DNA of 64,000 bases, from contig CACFUX010000002.1 in NCBI GenBank assembly GCA_902569615.1, positions 739 to 64,738 of the forward strand, given 5' to 3'. How positions within the stretch are numbered: the first letter of the stretch is position 1; each line of letters starts with the position of its first letter. Below, piece after piece: positions 62,077 through 64,000 of this stretch. The DNA is from an uncultured Pelagibacteraceae bacterium. GTDB taxonomy: Bacteria; Pseudomonadota; Alphaproteobacteria; Pelagibacterales; Pelagibacteraceae. The position numbers and the translations under genes were made by a program. The notes under the pieces were generated by a model. It searched no databases. It saw nothing but the letters and a program-made list of their open reading frames with translations, and was not told where the DNA came from.

Positions 62077-62867
62077 TATCTGTAAATTGTGTATTCTTTA
62101 TACTTGTATATTATAAATTTTTCTCTTATATAAGCATTTTTTAAATCCTCTATTTTTGTGTACTTTTCAAGCCAATCAATGTTTTTTTCAGACGCTATAA
62201 AGAATAAATATTCATCTACACTTCTTTTGTTTAAATTATTTGGAAAAAAAATTTCGTATTTTGCTTTTTTTGGCAAAGTTACAGATTTATCAGAAAGGTA
62301 GTTTTTATTATCTAATGAATTAGGAAATATTTTATGAACTTGATAATCTTTGGTTTCATATGGCAATATTTGAAAAACAGTCAGGTAAACAGGTTTGTTT
62401 AATATTAAGTCAATCCTAAGCTCATCTCCATCTTTAAAATTTTTCTCATTTAGCTTTACATTAAAATCAAAAGATTTATCTAAAGTTTGAATTGTTTTAG
62501 TAACTTCAGCTTGAATTTTTATTTTACAAATGTAACTTTGCTCATCTGAGTTTTCAATCTTTATGATTTCTATATTTTTTTTTAATTCTTTTAATTGTGT
62601 TATTTCACCATTGAAGGAGCTAAGAAAAAATTGATTTCGTTCACAAGAAGTTTTACCGTCTACCTCTGAACAATTTTCCATCTCCTCTGATGAAATTTTT
62701 TGTCCAATAACTTTTTCTAAAGCTTTAAGTTTTGCTCTCTCTTTAGCAAGTGAACATGCTTCATTTTCACTTATATTGCCACTATATACATAGCTTCCTT
62801 CTGTAATAGCCACTTCAGCTGATGCAGCAAAATTAAAAAGAAAGAAAATAATTAAAAATTTCTTCAT
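62076..62867 (-). CDS. Exported protein with FlgT-N/LPP20-like N-domain and DUF4384-like C-domain
   Basis: Signal peptide ASA; EACSLAKERAKLKALEKVIG; FKDGDELRIDL...YLTVFQI...KIFPN. Confidence 0.7.
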   Translation of the reverse strand: MKKFLIIFFLFNFAASAEVAITEGSYVYSGNISENEACSLAKERAKLKALEKVIGQKISSEEMENCSEVDGKTSCERNQFFLSSFNGEITQLKELKKNIEIIKIENSDEQSYICKIKIQAEVTKTIQTLDKSFDFNVKLNEKNFKDGDELRIDLILNKPVYLTVFQILPYETKDYQVHKIFPNSLDNKNYLSDKSVTLPKKAKYEIFFPNNLNKRSVDEYLFFIASEKNIDWLEKYTKIEDLKNAYIREKFIIYKYKEYTIYR

Positions 62868-62923
62868 AAATATTAGTCTAAAACTATCTTTGTGTTTGAT
62901 ATAAGTAAATAAATTTTACTTAT

Positions 62924-62952
62924 TAGACTTGTTGAATTATAAATATTAGCAT
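62924..62952 (+). promoter_or_regulatory. Candidate sigma70 promoter for the tRNA-Leu 5' half
   Basis: TAGACT-N17-TAGCAT, 23 bp before the first tRNA base. Confidence 0.4.
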
Positions 62953-62975
62953 AAATACTCATGAAAATAACTCAT

Positions 62976-63014
62976 GCCCTCGTGGTGAAATTGGTAGACA
63001 CAAAGGACTTAAAA
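62976..63014 (+). pseudogene. tRNA-Leu(TAA) 5' half, copy 1 (att-like)
   Basis: GCCCTCG TG GTG AAATTGGTAGA CAC A AAGGA CTTAAAA: acceptor 5' strand, D arm, anticodon 5' stem and loop. No 3' half follows. Confidence 0.88.
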
Positions 63015-63069
63015 AGTATCGTGTTTTACTATTAAGATAATAAAATTAACACTTCTAGTTAAACTCACT

Positions 63070-63151
63070 CTCGTGTAGTTCTCGTGTAGTTGGTGGAAGA
63101 CACAGATTATAGACTACACGATTAGTAAAGTTTTGAGAGTAAAGTACACGA
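63070..63151. repeat. TCGTGTAGT repeat cluster, left arm
   Basis: ctcgtgtagtt twice in tandem (63070-63091); inverted copies actacacga (63113-63121) and agtacacga (63143-63151). Confidence 0.85.
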
Positions 63152-63202
63152 TTATTAAAAATAATTGTTACATCGACTTTAATTAATTGATAAGTTGATT
63201 AT

Positions 63203-63667
63203 ATGAAAAAAATAATTTTTATAATTTCATTGTTTTTTTTAATACCACTAAATAATTCATTTTCTGCTCCTATAAAAATTTTCGGTTTAGACGTAACAAT
63301 GGATAAACAAACTGCTAAAGATATATTAACAAAAAAAAATTTTGTCTGTAAGGATGTTATGGAAATGATTATGTGTGATAAATCTGGAGGCACCGTAACG
63401 GTCAGTAAAGATTTAATTCAAATATCTTGTGGAGTGTATGGAGGTTGTAAATATACCGCTATTGAAGTGGCAAATTTTTTTTCAAAAGAGTTAAACTTAA
63501 AAATTAGAAATCCTGAAGTTGTAGGAATATTCCAAGAACCAGCGTACTGTGGAGAAGGACCAGATGGTGACAAATTATGTGTAATATTTAGTTTAACTAG
63601 TAATCTAGGACCCTCTGTTGATATTATGAAACATAAACTAGGTGGTTCGGGAATGTCACTGAACTAA
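63203..63667 (+). CDS. Exported Cys-rich hypothetical protein (cassette cargo)
   Basis: MKKIIF...SFSA signal peptide; six Cys in the mature region; no family recognised. Confidence 0.75.
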   Translation: MKKIIFIISLFFLIPLNNSFSAPIKIFGLDVTMDKQTAKDILTKKNFVCKDVMEMIMCDKSGGTVTVSKDLIQISCGVYGGCKYTAIEVANFFSKELNLKIRNPEVVGIFQEPAYCGEGPDGDKLCVIFSLTSNLGPSVDIMKHKLGGSGMSLN

Positions 63668-63742
63668 TATATTTTAAATTTCATAATTGAGATATTATTC
63701 ACGAGTAAATTACTTTAAATTTTTTATTTTTTTCATTAAGAT

Positions 63743-63762
63743 TCGTGTAGTTCTCGTGTAGT
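63743..63762. repeat. TCGTGTAGT tandem repeat, right arm
   Basis: tcgtgtagttctcgtgtagt, identical to 63071-63090 and in the same orientation. Confidence 0.85.
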
Positions 63763-63826
63763 ATAAATTTAATTATTAATTTGAAATAATATGTTAAATA
63801 AAGTAGATAAATCAATCTTAATAACT

Positions 63827-63865
63827 GCCCTCGTGGTGAAATTGGTAGACACAAAGGACTTAAAA
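63827..63865 (+). pseudogene. tRNA-Leu(TAA) 5' half, copy 2 (att-like)
   Basis: Identical to copy 1 and again stops at the end of the anticodon loop, followed by unrelated sequence gccgagggatag. Confidence 0.88.
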
Positions 63866-64000
63866 GCCGAGGGATAGAAGTTAAAGTCAGTCCATAGAAG
63901 TCTAAGGTAGTCTTAAACATCCTATAAAATCCCATTACTTTAAATTAGCTTTCAATTAAGATTAGAAAATATGGTTTAATATATTTCTGAAAACCAGCAC

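Larger units (their letters stand above)
62975..63865. mobile_element. Putative integrase-less single-gene cassette bounded by 40-bp tRNA-Leu direct repeats
   Basis: Identical 40-mers at 62975-63014 and 63826-63865 (851-bp period). Identical 20-mer tcgtgtagttctcgtgtagt inside each end. One cargo gene. Confidence 0.7.

Noticed and set aside
62997-63025. Core-type inverted repeat (ACAC...GTGT) around the anticodon loop of copy 1
   Set aside because: Only about 5 of 11 positions are symmetric, too weak to report as a feature, though compatible with the att model.
62976-63865. Group I intron in tRNA-Leu(UAA)
   Set aside because: No 3' exon follows. The 5' half is duplicated instead, the two copies are followed by unrelated sequences, and I see no group I core elements.
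62975-63865. CRISPR array from the 40-bp or 20-bp repeats
   Set aside because: Only two copies, hundreds of bp apart; the 40-mer is tRNA sequence; no cas genes.
63699-63935. 78-aa minus-strand ORF
   Set aside because: It runs antisense across the tRNA fragment and arm repeats; RLLSPLCLPISPRG is simply the translated antisense tRNA.

Overview
AT-rich, very gene-dense alphaproteobacterial chromosome segment; gene content, order and tiny intergenic spacers point to SAR11/Pelagibacterales (inference). Most of it is housekeeping: a GcvT-family dehydrogenase, guaC, tRNA-Met, rmlBACD, an apt-mtnP-GFA-mtnA-aldolase-speD/speE fusion cluster, a polar amino-acid ABC transporter, rpoZ, dusA, PMM/PGM, nrdAB, prpDBC, a half glmU with glmS, DAHP synthase, nadE, cysS, cimA, rpsD, grxD/bolA, purBCSQL, map and sfsA. 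Three genes are each split by one extra A in an A-run, probably sequencing error. Accessory parts are three tandem exported SHOCT proteins with a candidate sRNA beside them (26.2-28.9 kb) and an island edge at 55-64 kb. The island holds a signal-peptide caspase-family protease with four unrecognised repeats, an LPP20-like repeat protein and a DUF4384 protein. It then has an 851-bp single-gene unit with no integrase, bounded by two identical tRNA-Leu(TAA) 5' halves and carrying tandem arm-type-like repeats at both ends. This unit is the best candidate for an undescribed system: a minimal tRNA-targeted gene cassette mobilised in trans.
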